Source of the DNA: Candidatus Latescibacterota bacterium
GTDB lineage: Bacteria > Latescibacterota > UBA2968 > GCA-2709665
DNA: 64,000 nucleotides
Direction: 5' to 3'
Assembly (NCBI GenBank): GCA_965248435.1
Contig: OZ252100.1
Span: 2,752,001 to 2,816,000 of the forward strand
Part shown: positions 28,163 through 38,483 of the stretch, in pieces
Numbering within the stretch: position 1 is the first letter of the stretch
Layout of the letters: every line of letters starts with the position of its first letter
Made by a program: the position numbers and the translations under genes
Notes under the pieces: generated by a model
Database searches by the model: none
Seen by the model: only the letters and a program-made list of their open reading frames with translations
What the model was told of the DNA's origin: nothing

Positions 28163-28374
28163 TTCAGGTAAGTTTTGTAGATAGGTTCCGTGGCCCTTCG
28201 CGCTCCTTACATTCCTTCTTGATCCGGCGCCAGTTCGGGTGTTTGGCGCCTCACTCGATTCTCTCCGTGTCTCTGCGTGTCTCCCCGCAACCTCCGTGAT
28301 CGATGCCAAAAAGGGCGCAGAAGTGCCTATATTGTAGGCGGCATTCTTAAAACCTGAAAGCTGGAAATCTAATG

Positions 28375-29429
28375 GCTGGATTCAATGACTAAGTGCAACA
28401 CTTGGACTTGAAGACTTCAGCTGGTGTTTTGAAGTTAAGACATTTTCTTGGTCGGTTGTTGATCCGGTTCTGAATTTTCTTTAACTCGTGTTTGCTGACC
28501 TTTGAGAAGTCTGTCTTCTTGGGGAGGTATCTGCGGACCAGACCGATAGCGTTTTCCACAGCGCCTCGCTCCCAGCTGTGGAACGGTTTGCAGAAATAGG
28601 ATTTGGTGCCAAGCACCTCGTTGACCCGTTGATGTTGGCCGTTTTCGGATCCGTTGTCATATGTGATGCTCTTCCTCATGTGGGGAGGATGTCGCCCAAG
28701 GCGTCGATTAATCGCTTCGGCGACCTCCGAGGGTCCGTTCTTTGCCAGCTTAGCCAGGTGTAGGTATCTCGACGATCGCTCAAGACAAGCGCCAACGGCC
28801 TGTTTGCTCTCACGAGAGATGATGGTGTCGGATTCCCAGTGGCCAGGTTGTTTCCGTTTTTCGATGTAACGGGGACGTCGATCGATCGAAATACGGCCTG
28901 GAATGTGGCTTTCCCGGTGTTTTCGGGTATGCCACCGCGGCTTTCGTTTTTTGTGAGCTCGGGATAAGCAAGCAACCAGATCCCGCTGCTTGTGCACCTT
29001 TGGATCGTAGATATACTGGTAGATGGCTTCGTGGCTGATACCCGCGCTCGGACGCTCCTCGGGAAGCCTCCCAGCGATCAACTCGGGAGACCATCCTTGC
29101 TTGAGTTTGGTCTCGACATATCGCCGGATAACCGGATTCTTCAGCCGTTTCCGCTTGCCGGCCTCCCGCTTACGTTTCTCAGCCCTTCTGTGAGCCTGGA
29201 GGCCCGAGTAACTCTCAGCTATCGGGGACGGATTACGTTTCAACTCTCTTGAAATCGTGCTGGCGCTCCGGTCAAGGGCCTTGGCAATATCTCTAAGGCT
29301 TGCACCAGTGGCTCGACAAAGCGCAATCTGCTCGCGTTCGTCTATCGTAAGATGCTTGTAATTGTTTCCCATACACTTAGGATAGGACAGTTGCTACCCT
29401 AAGTGTTGCACTTCCTTATTGAACTCGGG
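28375..29429 (-). mobile_element. IS30-family insertion sequence
   Basis: Imperfect terminal IRs TTCAAT(gact/aagg)AAGTGCAACACTT at both ends. Probable 3-bp ATG target duplication (28372-74 and 29430-32). Confidence 0.92.
28389..29372 (-). CDS. IS30-family DDE transposase
   Basis: Motifs YKHLTIDER, STISRELKRN, WSPELI, GHWESD, ITYDNGSE, SWERGAVEN and NNRPRKCL. Confidence 0.97.
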   Translation of the reverse strand: MGNNYKHLTIDEREQIALCRATGASLRDIAKALDRSASTISRELKRNPSPIAESYSGLQAHRRAEKRKREAGKRKRLKNPVIRRYVETKLKQGWSPELIAGRLPEERPSAGISHEAIYQYIYDPKVHKQRDLVACLSRAHKKRKPRWHTRKHRESHIPGRISIDRRPRYIEKRKQPGHWESDTIISRESKQAVGACLERSSRYLHLAKLAKNGPSEVAEAINRRLGRHPPHMRKSITYDNGSENGQHQRVNEVLGTKSYFCKPFHSWERGAVENAIGLVRRYLPKKTDFSKVSKHELKKIQNRINNRPRKCLNFKTPAEVFKSKCCT

Positions 29430-29452
29430 ATGTTGATTTCAGGAACGAACGA

Positions 29453-32400
29453 ATGAATCGGCAGAACCCGCTCGCACGCGCATTGAACGTCGAACCGGGA
29501 GAGGGCAGGCCCCTCACCCTTCTCATGATACACGCCTTCTTTGTAGGCGTTACGCAGGTCACCTTCTTCACAGCCAGCAACGCACTTTTCCTGGTCAAAT
29601 TCAGTGCAGAGTCCCTCCCGGTCGTCTACATGGTATCCGCTGTCGTCTCCACGATTACAGGGGGAATCTATGCCACCTTCGAGAGACGACTTTCAATCCA
29701 GAGCCTGCTGACGGGCACGCTCCTCTTTCTGCTCGTCTCCGTCTCTGCATTTCGTCTCGGCATCGAATTCACGGATTCCAAATGGCCGGCCTTCGGACTG
29801 ATGGTCTGGTTTGTCGTCCTGAGGGCGCTTCTGAACGTGGAACTTTGGGGACTGTCCGGACGGCTGTTCAACGTGCGCCAGGGCAAGCGCCTCTTCGGGC
29901 TCGTCGGATCCGGAGAACTGATCGCCAGCGTCATCGGAGGCTTCTCTACACCTCTGTTCGTGCGCCTCTTTGGAACACCGAACCTCCTTTGGGCCTGTGC
30001 AGCAGGCCTGGCGCTTTCCATCGCGACCCTGGTCCTCCTCGCTCGGAAGTTCGGAGCCCGGTTGGCCAACCAGGAGTCGGCTGAAGAAGATTCCCATTCT
30101 AGATCGAGTTTCGTCGATCTCTTCAGAAGCCGCTACATCTCTTTCATCTTCCTCCTCGCGTTTGTCCTCGTAACCGCGCAGTATTTCATCGACTACTCCT
30201 TCCTGGACCAGACCAACCTCCGCTACCAGGAGGAGGATGACTTAGCCCGGTTCTTCGGCCTGTTCTTCGGTGTGGTGGAGGGAATCACATTCATCTTCCT
30301 CACCTTTGTGACCGGCCGAATCATCGGGAGGTTCGGCATCCGCATCGGCATGCGCGTGCGCCCCGTCGTATTGTTCTTCTGCGCCGTGGGCATGCTCGTT
30401 ACGAGCGCCATTTTTGGCCCCCTTGCCTTCTTCTTCTGGATCGCCGTAGGTACCAAGATGCTTGATCAAGTCTTGACTCGCGCCTTGAGTGAACCGGCTT
30501 TTTTGGTCCTTTATCAACCGCTGAGACCAGAACGGAAGCTGGCCGTACAGGTCGCCGTGGAGAGTATGATATTCCCCATCGGCATCGGATTTGCCGGCGC
30601 CTTATTGTTTCTCATGCGATGGATCGACTACCTCCAGCCCATGACACTGGCCGTGTGCATCCTTTTGACGGTCGTGGCCTGGCTCTCCGTCGGCGCCCGA
30701 GTCAGTCGCGGGTACCGGGAGGCGCTCGCCAGGGCCCTGAATAGACGGATGCTCGAAGGCACTTCGTTATCTTTGGATGAAAGCACCATCCTCGACGTCC
30801 TGCAAGCAAGGTTGAAAAGTCCTCACGCTGGGGAGGTCATCTACGCCTTGGACCTGCTGGAAAAGCGGGATGTCGAGGAGATGCAGGCGGTGCTGATCGA
30901 TCTGCTCCAGCACCCCTCGCCTGAAGTACGGAAAGACGTGCTGGCCAGAATGCAGAGGGTCAATTTCGTCTCCGCGTTGCCGAGCGTAGAGGATCTGTTC
31001 GAACGGGAGGAAGTTTCGGACGTCAAATCTGCCGCACTGGGTGTAATCTGTGAATTCGGAGAGGCCCAGGCAGTGGATTACATCGCACCTTATCTGGAGC
31101 ACGAAGATCAGGAAGTGAGGTTGGGGGCGCTGGCAGGTCTGCTTCGAAGCGGGGGCATCGACGGTATCCTCCTGGCCGGAAACCACCTCAACTCCCTCGC
31201 GAATTCTTCTGATCCGGCCCAGCGAACCTTTGCAGCCCGCGTCCTCGGCGATGTTGGTATCAGGAATTTTTACCGCCCCCTGCTAAAGCTCCTCCAAGAC
31301 GATGACCCGAGCGTACGACGGTCCGCTTTGGCCGCGGCCGGCGCAATCAAGAACACTAGGCTGTGGCCCCTTGTCATTCCTAACCTCGCATCCATCACCT
31401 TCCATACCCAGGCCGCCCTTGCGCTTGCCGCCGCTGGAGACTCAGCATTGTCTGAGATGGAAGTCGCATTTGCAGAGCCTGACGCGACGAGGCAGTTGCG
31501 AATCCGGATCGCGGATGTGTGCGGCCGCATTAAAGGACGGCGCGCCACAACCATCCTCCAAAGGTGGCTTGACGAACCGGACAAAGGCATCCGATCCAAA
31601 GTGCTCTCCTCGCTTCATCAATGCGACTATCGCGCAGAGGAGGGGGAAGTCATCGATGTTCGGAGGTTGATCAGGGGAGAGGCGTCCGATGCAGCGTTGA
31701 TACTCGCCACGATGGTGGATCTTGGAGATGACTTGCAGGTGATCCAGAGAGCCTGTGAACACGGAATCGGGAGAATCCGCAAACGCATTTTTCTCTTCCT
31801 GTCCTTCATCTATGAGTCGCAGACCATCTTGCGGGCAGAGGAGAACCTTCTTCAGGATTCTGTGGATCAGAGGGCCTATGCGTTGGAGGTAATCGACACT
31901 ACCGTTTCCCAGGACCTGAAGAGCATCATCTTTCCGCTTTTGGAAGACTTGGGACCTGAGGAACGCTCGAGAAGACTAGAGATTCATTTTCCCCAGGAAC
32001 ACCTGACAACAGACCAGCGCCTGGAAGAACTGATCGCCCGTCAAGGGCGATGGGTCAGCCCCTGGCTCCGCGCCTGCGCACTCCACGCGATCGCGGACCG
32101 GTCCAGTGAAACGTCAACGGAAGCTGTTTTGTCTGCGCTCGATGACCAGGAGCCGCTGGTTCGGGAAACGAGTGCCTGGTCTTTGTACAAGCTGGACCGT
32201 GAGGTTTTTACGAGCCATCTTGATACCCTTCGAAATGATCCCAGCCAACTGGTCGCGCAGATCGCCGAGCGGCTGCAAGAGTGGAAGGAAGGAGATCCGC
32301 CCATGCTTTTGACCATCGAAAAGGTAATGGTCCTGAAATCTGTAAGCATCTTTTCCGGTGTCCCGGATGAGGTCCTCGCAGACCTCGCCTCTCTTATGGA

Positions 32401-32725
32401 TGAAGTGGAGATTCCGAAGGAGACCTGTGTCTATGACAAAGGTGACCCGGGGGGTACGATGTACATCATCGTAGACGGCGGCGTCCGCGTCCACGACGGA
32501 GACCGGACGTTTGTCAACTTGGGAGAAAGGGATTTCTTCGGCGAACTGACAACACTGGATCCCGAACCCCAGATGGCTGCGGTTACCGCAGACGAAGACA
32601 CACGCCTTCTGGGCCTGAATGGAGATGCCCTTTACGAGCTGATGTCGGATCACACCGAGGTGCTGCGGAGAATCATTCAGGTCTTGTGTAAAAGGCTGCG
32701 CCGCAAGAAAACCGAAAGATGGTAA
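29453..32725 (+). CDS. NTT/TLC-like MFS transporter fused to HEAT repeats and a cNMP-binding domain
   Basis: TM region with 'RQGKRLFGLVGSG', central HEAT repeats, and C-terminal 'LLTIEKVMVLKSVSIF...FFGEL' Crp-type domain. Confidence 0.85.
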   Translation: MNRQNPLARALNVEPGEGRPLTLLMIHAFFVGVTQVTFFTASNALFLVKFSAESLPVVYMVSAVVSTITGGIYATFERRLSIQSLLTGTLLFLLVSVSAFRLGIEFTDSKWPAFGLMVWFVVLRALLNVELWGLSGRLFNVRQGKRLFGLVGSGELIASVIGGFSTPLFVRLFGTPNLLWACAAGLALSIATLVLLARKFGARLANQESAEEDSHSRSSFVDLFRSRYISFIFLLAFVLVTAQYFIDYSFLDQTNLRYQEEDDLARFFGLFFGVVEGITFIFLTFVTGRIIGRFGIRIGMRVRPVVLFFCAVGMLVTSAIFGPLAFFFWIAVGTKMLDQVLTRALSEPAFLVLYQPLRPERKLAVQVAVESMIFPIGIGFAGALLFLMRWIDYLQPMTLAVCILLTVVAWLSVGARVSRGYREALARALNRRMLEGTSLSLDESTILDVLQARLKSPHAGEVIYALDLLEKRDVEEMQAVLIDLLQHPSPEVRKDVLARMQRVNFVSALPSVEDLFEREEVSDVKSAALGVICEFGEAQAVDYIAPYLEHEDQEVRLGALAGLLRSGGIDGILLAGNHLNSLANSSDPAQRTFAARVLGDVGIRNFYRPLLKLLQDDDPSVRRSALAAAGAIKNTRLWPLVIPNLASITFHTQAALALAAAGDSALSEMEVAFAEPDATRQLRIRIADVCGRIKGRRATTILQRWLDEPDKGIRSKVLSSLHQCDYRAEEGEVIDVRRLIRGEASDAALILATMVDLGDDLQVIQRACEHGIGRIRKRIFLFLSFIYESQTILRAEENLLQDSVDQRAYALEVIDTTVSQDLKSIIFPLLEDLGPEERSRRLEIHFPQEHLTTDQRLEELIARQGRWVSPWLRACALHAIADRSSETSTEAVLSALDDQEPLVRETSAWSLYKLDREVFTSHLDTLRNDPSQLVAQIAERLQEWKEGDPPMLLTIEKVMVLKSVSIFSGVPDEVLADLASLMDEVEIPKETCVYDKGDPGGTMYIIVDGGVRVHDGDRTFVNLGERDFFGELTTLDPEPQMAAVTADEDTRLLGLNGDALYELMSDHTEVLRRIIQVLCKRLRRKKTERW

Positions 32726-32944
32726 AATCGGCGGACGACAGACGCCTGCCCCGAGCCCTGTCGAGGGGGCAGACCGCATGATAAATAAGGTTTAGATTCT
32801 TGGCGGTCCGTGGTCCGTGGTCTGCGGTCAGGCACAACGGATTTCTCTATCGCAGCCGTGGCCGAAGGCCCTCATTGATTTTCCCGCGACGCCGCATTAT
32901 CTTCCTGCCATACGATAAACACAATCAATCGCATCGAGAGTCCG

Positions 32945-33949
32945 ATGGAATACCGAAGATTGGGTCGTTGCGGCCTAAAAGTCTCTGAATTCTGCCTGGG
33001 AACGATGACCTTTGGTGACACGACGGGCGAAGCCGAAGCCATCCGAATGGTCCACGCTGCGCTGGATGCCGGAGTCAATTTTTTTGACACGGCGAATACC
33101 TACAATGGTGGCAAGTCCGAGGCCATCCTTGGAAAGGCGCTTTCCGGGAGACGACAAGAGGCGATCGTTGCGACAAAGGTCTTCAATCCCGTTGGCGGAG
33201 GACCCAACGATTCCGGAATGTCGCGCCTCCATATCACGAATGCCATCGACGACAGTCTGAAGCGTCTGGACACGGACTACGTGGATCTTTACTACGCCCA
33301 TCACGTGGACATCCAGGTCCCGCTCGAAGAAATGCTGCGCGCCTTCGATGACCTCGTCCATCAGGGCAAGGTGCGCTATATCGCGTGCAGCAACTACGAG
33401 GCCTGGCGCCTGAACGAAGCCCTCTGGATCAGCAATTCGAACAACCTGCATCGTTTCGAGTGCTATCAACCGCAGTATAACCTCGTCGTGCGGGATATCG
33501 ACCACGGCCTGATCCCCCTTTGTCGGGAAAAGGGGGTCGGTGTGGCGGTGTTCAGCCCAGTGGCCGGCGGCTTTCTCACGGGAAAGTATCAACCAGGTGA
33601 ACGCCTCCTTCCCGGAACGCGGTCGGAGGACAAGAGCGACCCCTTCTTTGCAACCTGTTTCGCCCCCAACGCGGACGAAACGCTTGCCGTCCTCCTGGAA
33701 GTCGCGCGTGAACTGGATCGCAGTCCTTCACAGGTCGCCATCCGATGGGCCGTGCAAAGGCCCGGAATCACCTCGGCAATCGTCGGTGCGAGGAACTTGG
33801 AGCAGTTCACCACCAACCTCGGCTCGACCGGTTGGCGTCTCGAGGACGAACAGATGGAGCGCTTGAGCAAGGTATCGGAGCTTCCACCCCGCTATCCTGA
33901 ATCGACCGAATGGAAGATGGTGTCAAGGCGCAACGACGCGGTTAAATAG
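32945..33949 (+). CDS. Aldo/keto reductase
   Basis: Motifs MEYRRLG, GTMTFG, FDTANTY, ATK, SLKRLDTDYVDLY and GKVRYI. Confidence 0.95.
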   Translation: MEYRRLGRCGLKVSEFCLGTMTFGDTTGEAEAIRMVHAALDAGVNFFDTANTYNGGKSEAILGKALSGRRQEAIVATKVFNPVGGGPNDSGMSRLHITNAIDDSLKRLDTDYVDLYYAHHVDIQVPLEEMLRAFDDLVHQGKVRYIACSNYEAWRLNEALWISNSNNLHRFECYQPQYNLVVRDIDHGLIPLCREKGVGVAVFSPVAGGFLTGKYQPGERLLPGTRSEDKSDPFFATCFAPNADETLAVLLEVARELDRSPSQVAIRWAVQRPGITSAIVGARNLEQFTTNLGSTGWRLEDEQMERLSKVSELPPRYPESTEWKMVSRRNDAVK

Positions 33950-34096
33950 AGTTTCTAGTTTGGGGTTTCTGGTTTCTAGTTTCTAGTTCATATCAGCTGT
34001 AAACTCATGCGAAAATCCTGCCTAAACTCGAAATTTTAGACTAGAAACTGCCTCATGCCTCTAACTTGAAACTCTAAACTAGAAACTAGAAACTGA
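33949..34096. repeat. Inverted heptamer arrays (TAGTTTC)n ... (ACTAGAA)n
   Basis: gagtttc tagtttg gggtttc tggtttc tagtttc faces acttgaa actctaa actagaa actagaa. Confidence 0.8.
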
Positions 34097-34099
34097 TTT

Positions 34100-35101
34100 A
34101 TGCATGGTCATCGCGTCGTCTTCCTGGAGCCGGAAAGGGTCGAAATCGAGCCCTTCGACGTGGAAGACCCTGGCTCTGACGAGATATTGATCGAGACGGA
34201 CATCTCGCTGATCAGTCCCGGAACAGAGGGTGCCTTTCTCAGGGCTCTTCCCAACACCCGCCAGGAGTTTCCGATGTTCCCTGGCTACTCGAACATCGGC
34301 ACCGTGCTGGAAGTAGGGTCGAACGTGACTTGCGTTTCGCGTGGAGACCGTGTGGCTACAAACAGCGGTCACGCCAGTCACGCAAAGGTGATGAAAGATG
34401 GTCTTTGTGAGCCTGTGCCGCCGGGCCTGTCCGTGGATGCTGCGGCTTTTTTTGCTTTGGCCTCTTTTGCCATACAGGCCGTAAGAAAGGCCAGAATCGA
34501 GCTCGGTGAATCGGTTCTGGTCATCGGACAGGGAATCGTCGGTAGTCTCGCGCTTCAGTTCGCCCGTCTCCAGGGCGGATACCCGGTCATCGCCGCCGAC
34601 CTGGACACGGGCCGACTGGAAAGTGCGCTCGGGGTCGGAGCCGATCACACGATTCACGCAGGTGAGACGGATCTTGTCGCTGCTGTCCGTAAAATCACGG
34701 ACAGCGACGGCGCCCGCGTCGTGATCGAAGCCACCGGACATCCCGAGGTTATAATAACGGCCCTGCACGCTGCGGGGTGGTGCGGCCGTGTCATCCTCCT
34801 CGGCAGCACTCGGGGAGAGACGAAGAGTGTCAACTTCTATCGCGACGTCCACAGACGGGGCATTGTCATAGTGGGTGCGCACGGCCCGGTGCGCCCCGTT
34901 CAGGACGCTTCGCCCGGTTTCTGGCCTTTGGATGCAGACGTACGGCTATGTCTGGACTTCCTGGCCGCCGGCCGGGTTCAGGTCGAACCCCTCATTTCAA
35001 AACGCGTTTCATTCAGGAATGCGGAAGACGCTTACAACTTGATCCTGGAACAGCGCCGCGAGGTTCTGGGCATCGTCCTGGACTGGAGCGGCGCAGGCTG
35101 A
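34100..35101 (+). CDS. Zinc-binding (MDR) alcohol dehydrogenase-like protein
   Basis: Motifs SLISPGTE, PGYSNIG, Rossmann GQGIVG and VIEATG. Confidence 0.88.
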   Translation: MHGHRVVFLEPERVEIEPFDVEDPGSDEILIETDISLISPGTEGAFLRALPNTRQEFPMFPGYSNIGTVLEVGSNVTCVSRGDRVATNSGHASHAKVMKDGLCEPVPPGLSVDAAAFFALASFAIQAVRKARIELGESVLVIGQGIVGSLALQFARLQGGYPVIAADLDTGRLESALGVGADHTIHAGETDLVAAVRKITDSDGARVVIEATGHPEVIITALHAAGWCGRVILLGSTRGETKSVNFYRDVHRRGIVIVGAHGPVRPVQDASPGFWPLDADVRLCLDFLAAGRVQVEPLISKRVSFRNAEDAYNLILEQRREVLGIVLDWSGAG

Positions 35102-35131
35102 GAGCGAGTTCGCTCTGAGGAGGACCTCGAC

Positions 35132-36712
35132 ATGAGAGACGAGGAAAAGACCAAAGCCCAGCTCATCGAGGAATTGGCTCGCGCGCGAGAGCAGATTGCC
35201 GGCTTGGAGAAGCCCGTATCAGAACACAAACAGTCTGAAGAAACAGAAGCACAGCTTCGAACCGTCATGGACGCGGCCCCCATTTCGCTGCTCATCACAC
35301 GTTTCTCGGATGGCCGGATCTTTTACGCCAACGAGCATCTCGGTCGTCTCTGTGGCGTTGAAAAAGAGGATCTGATTGGCCGTGACGTGGCGGACTTCTA
35401 TCGCAACCCGGCCGATCGAGAGCAGTTGGTTCAAGAGCTGAAGACCAAAGGGATGGTCCAGGACATGGAATTGGCTGGCAGGAGAGGGGATGGCACGCCT
35501 CTGTGGGCGAGCGTCTTTGCGAGAACGCTGACATACGAAAACGAGGAAGCGATCCTCGCAGGCTTCTATGACATAACAGACAGGAAAAGGACCGAACAAG
35601 ACCTGGTTCGCATTGAACGTCTCCGTGCCCTGGGAGAGATGGCGAGGGGGGTGGCCCACAACTTCAACAACATCCTGGTCGGCGTGCTTGGGTTTGCGCA
35701 GTTGATCGAAGCGAAGACATCCGACGACGACATCATTAAGGATGCCCAGTCTATCGTCAAAAGCGCCCTGCAGGCGAAGGACCTCGTGGACAGACTGAAT
35801 CGGGCCGTGCAGGGCGAAAAGGGAAGTGCGCTCCTCCCCATCAAGGTCGAAGACCAGGTAGACGATGCGATTGAGACTGCCCGCCCCCGGTGGAAAGATG
35901 AAAAGGAGGCTGAAGGGACCGCAATCCAGATCCAGACAGACCTCAGGGACGTCCCTCCTATCCGCGGGTCACAGCAAGGGCTCCGGGATATCCTGATCAG
36001 CCTCATCCTCAATGCCGTCGATGCCCTTCCCGGGGGCGGTAGCATTACGATCTCCGCTCGGTCCTCGGGCAAATCGGTTTTGCTCTCTGTGGCCGACAAC
36101 GGCGTCGGAATGGATAGCGAGACCTCCAGGCGGGTGTTCGAACCCTTTTTCACCACCAAATCTGACGTCGGTACCGGGCTCGGACTCTCGACGGTCAATG
36201 GAGTCGTCACCAGCTGGGGAGGGACAGCGGAAGTGGTAAGCAAACCCGGCGAAGGCACGACATTCACCCTTCAACTTCCGATCTGGGGTGACCCGGAAAA
36301 AGATGAAGGCAAGGTGGACGGCGGCCGGAGGCGGCGGGTCCTCATCGTCGAAGATGACCAGTCCGTGTGTAAGGTTCTGTCAGACTTGCTGCGCAGTGAT
36401 TATGATGTCGACGTGTTTCAGGAAAGCACCGATGCTGCGGCCGAGTTTCTTCCCGGGCGTTACGACGTGGCCCTGATTGACCTCGGTATGCCGGACCTGC
36501 CTGGCGATCAAGTCGCGCGAAAGATGAGGGAGGTGGATTCCGCGATGGTCACTGTGTTGGTGACCGGGTGGGAGCTCGAGGAAGGGGATCCAAGGCTGGT
36601 TCCCTTTGACCTTCGAATCTTGAAGCCTTTTGGGGATCTGGTCACGATCCAGAGGATGGTCGGCCAGGCGGTCGAACTACACGATTCTCGGGCGGGTAAG
36701 AGTGCTCAATGA
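35132..36712 (+). CDS. Hybrid sensor kinase PAS-HisKA-HATPase-REC
   Basis: H-box AHNFNN, LNAVDA, DNGVGM, FEPFFTTK and GTGLGL, then REC motifs VEDD, IDLGMP and KP. Confidence 0.93.
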   Translation: MRDEEKTKAQLIEELARAREQIAGLEKPVSEHKQSEETEAQLRTVMDAAPISLLITRFSDGRIFYANEHLGRLCGVEKEDLIGRDVADFYRNPADREQLVQELKTKGMVQDMELAGRRGDGTPLWASVFARTLTYENEEAILAGFYDITDRKRTEQDLVRIERLRALGEMARGVAHNFNNILVGVLGFAQLIEAKTSDDDIIKDAQSIVKSALQAKDLVDRLNRAVQGEKGSALLPIKVEDQVDDAIETARPRWKDEKEAEGTAIQIQTDLRDVPPIRGSQQGLRDILISLILNAVDALPGGGSITISARSSGKSVLLSVADNGVGMDSETSRRVFEPFFTTKSDVGTGLGLSTVNGVVTSWGGTAEVVSKPGEGTTFTLQLPIWGDPEKDEGKVDGGRRRRVLIVEDDQSVCKVLSDLLRSDYDVDVFQESTDAAAEFLPGRYDVALIDLGMPDLPGDQVARKMREVDSAMVTVLVTGWELEEGDPRLVPFDLRILKPFGDLVTIQRMVGQAVELHDSRAGKSAQ

Positions 36713-36716
36713 AACT

Positions 36717-37817
36717 ATGAACGTCCAGGGTCGGTCCGGAAGGCGCCTGGACCCCAGGCTCCTATTCGTCGTCCTTGGGGTCGCCCTGCTCGGCCTCCTT
36801 TTATGGAGAGTCGGAATACAGAACGTGTATGACCACGTCAGGCTGGTCGGATGGTGGGCACTTCCAGTGCTCCTCATTTCCCTGATCTGGAAAATCGGCA
36901 ACACGATTGCCTGGGGGCTGGCCTTTCCTTCCCAGCATCACCCCGCCTTCCGAAGGTTATTTCCCGTCTTCGTGGGTGTGGATGCAGCCAACCTGCTCCC
37001 GACAGCGAATCTCGGCAGCGAAGTCGCGAAGGCCTACTTTCTCCGTCCTTACGCCCCGGTTTCAAGCGCAGTGTCTGCAGTGGTTGCCAACAAAACCGTC
37101 GAAATGCTCACAGGAGTGATCTTCGCCGCTGTGGGTCTCGTCATCGCCCTCCTTTCACTACCCGGGGATCGGCAGCTGCACACGGGCTTCGTGATCGCCC
37201 TTTTCGTTTTCGCAGTGCTCATCACACTCGCTTTCCTGGCGCAGCGGAGCCGCCCTCTTTCGAGGCTGATCGGTTTCCTGCGAAGGTTGAGGATCGCGAC
37301 AGGATTCCTGGATCGACATCGAGGGTCGCTGGAGCAGGTTGAGGAAAATCTGGTCTCCTTTTACGGCAGAAATCACGGTCGCTTCTTTGGCTGCGCGGCG
37401 CTCCGCCTGGCGAGCTGGATCTTCGGTCTGCTGGAGACCTTCCTCCTCGTCCGGTTGATGGGGGTAGATGTCTCTTTCACGACCATCTACATCCTGGGCG
37501 CATTCAGCTTTCTTCTGAGAGTGGCATTCTTCTTCATGCCGGCCAACCTCGGCACATTCGAATTGGGCAATACTTACCTCTTTTATTTGCTCGGAATGGA
37601 CCCAGCCGTGGGTCTCTCTACGGCCCTCCTGGTTCGAGCGCGAAAGCTCTTCTGGATCGGCTTTGGCCCGCTCCTGTTGTATACCCTGAACAGGACGGAA
37701 AAAAGAGACGGGGATGGCCGGGACGGGAACTTTGCATCCCTCACGGTGTCTAAAGAGGAACAGAGTGAGAAAGCCGGGATTACGAGTAATCCCAACCCGA
37801 AAGGGGGTTTCGAGTGA
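36717..37817 (+). CDS. Lysylphosphatidylglycerol synthase TM / flippase-like (UPF0104) protein
   Basis: Multi-TM protein with NLLPTANLGSEVAK and PANLGTFE. Confidence 0.8.
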   Translation: MNVQGRSGRRLDPRLLFVVLGVALLGLLLWRVGIQNVYDHVRLVGWWALPVLLISLIWKIGNTIAWGLAFPSQHHPAFRRLFPVFVGVDAANLLPTANLGSEVAKAYFLRPYAPVSSAVSAVVANKTVEMLTGVIFAAVGLVIALLSLPGDRQLHTGFVIALFVFAVLITLAFLAQRSRPLSRLIGFLRRLRIATGFLDRHRGSLEQVEENLVSFYGRNHGRFFGCAALRLASWIFGLLETFLLVRLMGVDVSFTTIYILGAFSFLLRVAFFFMPANLGTFELGNTYLFYLLGMDPAVGLSTALLVRARKLFWIGFGPLLLYTLNRTEKRDGDGRDGNFASLTVSKEEQSEKAGITSNPNPKGGFE

Positions 37818-38323
37818 GATACTGGAATCGATTTTTGCGTCGCCACCTCTTCGGAACGATATCGGTCGTCGTTCACGCGGCTGCAATCGCGCTTATCCTG
37901 AGTATGTATGAAAGGGCGCCTTCCTACACGGAAGTCGCCGTGGAATTCGACAGGCCCGCGCTCGAGGAGGAGCCCATCACTCAGCCATCGGAAACTGACG
38001 GGCAGGAGTCGCCCCTGGCGGAAAACGTCCTGGCGTCTGAAGCGCCTGTCCCCGAATCAGCCGAGCCGGTCCCGCCGAAAACTATGGAGGCCCTCCTGAA
38101 CAGGGATTTCAGGTCCCTTCGAGCGAACTTTGCGATGCCTGCCTCTTTCGTGCCGACGACCACGCAGTCCGATCACGGCTTTCAACCCCTTGAGCCGGAA
38201 GTGCATCTTACAGACGGGACCATCAACAAGCTCGTCGACGAAGGAAGAAACTACGCGGATTCCGGGAAGAAACGGAAGCGCAGGCGAGGAATGGGCATGG
38301 GTGGAGGTGGCGTCTGCCGGTAG
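37814..38323 (+). CDS. Hypothetical single-TM protein
   Basis: GTGA overlap with the upstream gene. TM 'ISVVVHAAAI', Pro/Glu-rich linker and basic Gly-rich tail. Confidence 0.55.
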   Translation: MRYWNRFLRRHLFGTISVVVHAAAIALILSMYERAPSYTEVAVEFDRPALEEEPITQPSETDGQESPLAENVLASEAPVPESAEPVPPKTMEALLNRDFRSLRANFAMPASFVPTTTQSDHGFQPLEPEVHLTDGTINKLVDEGRNYADSGKKRKRRRGMGMGGGGVCR

Positions 38324-38483
38324 ATTTGTCTTTGTGAGGTGGCAAGTTGCCCCTGTCTCGTGGATGAGACAGGGGCTTTTTTCTGGTTCCTCACCGAATG
38401 TTGGGGATAAGGCAGTATGCCCTATCTGTAGAACTCGCCGATTTGTAGACGGTCTTGGAACTCGCGAAGTGGATCTCTCAAAG

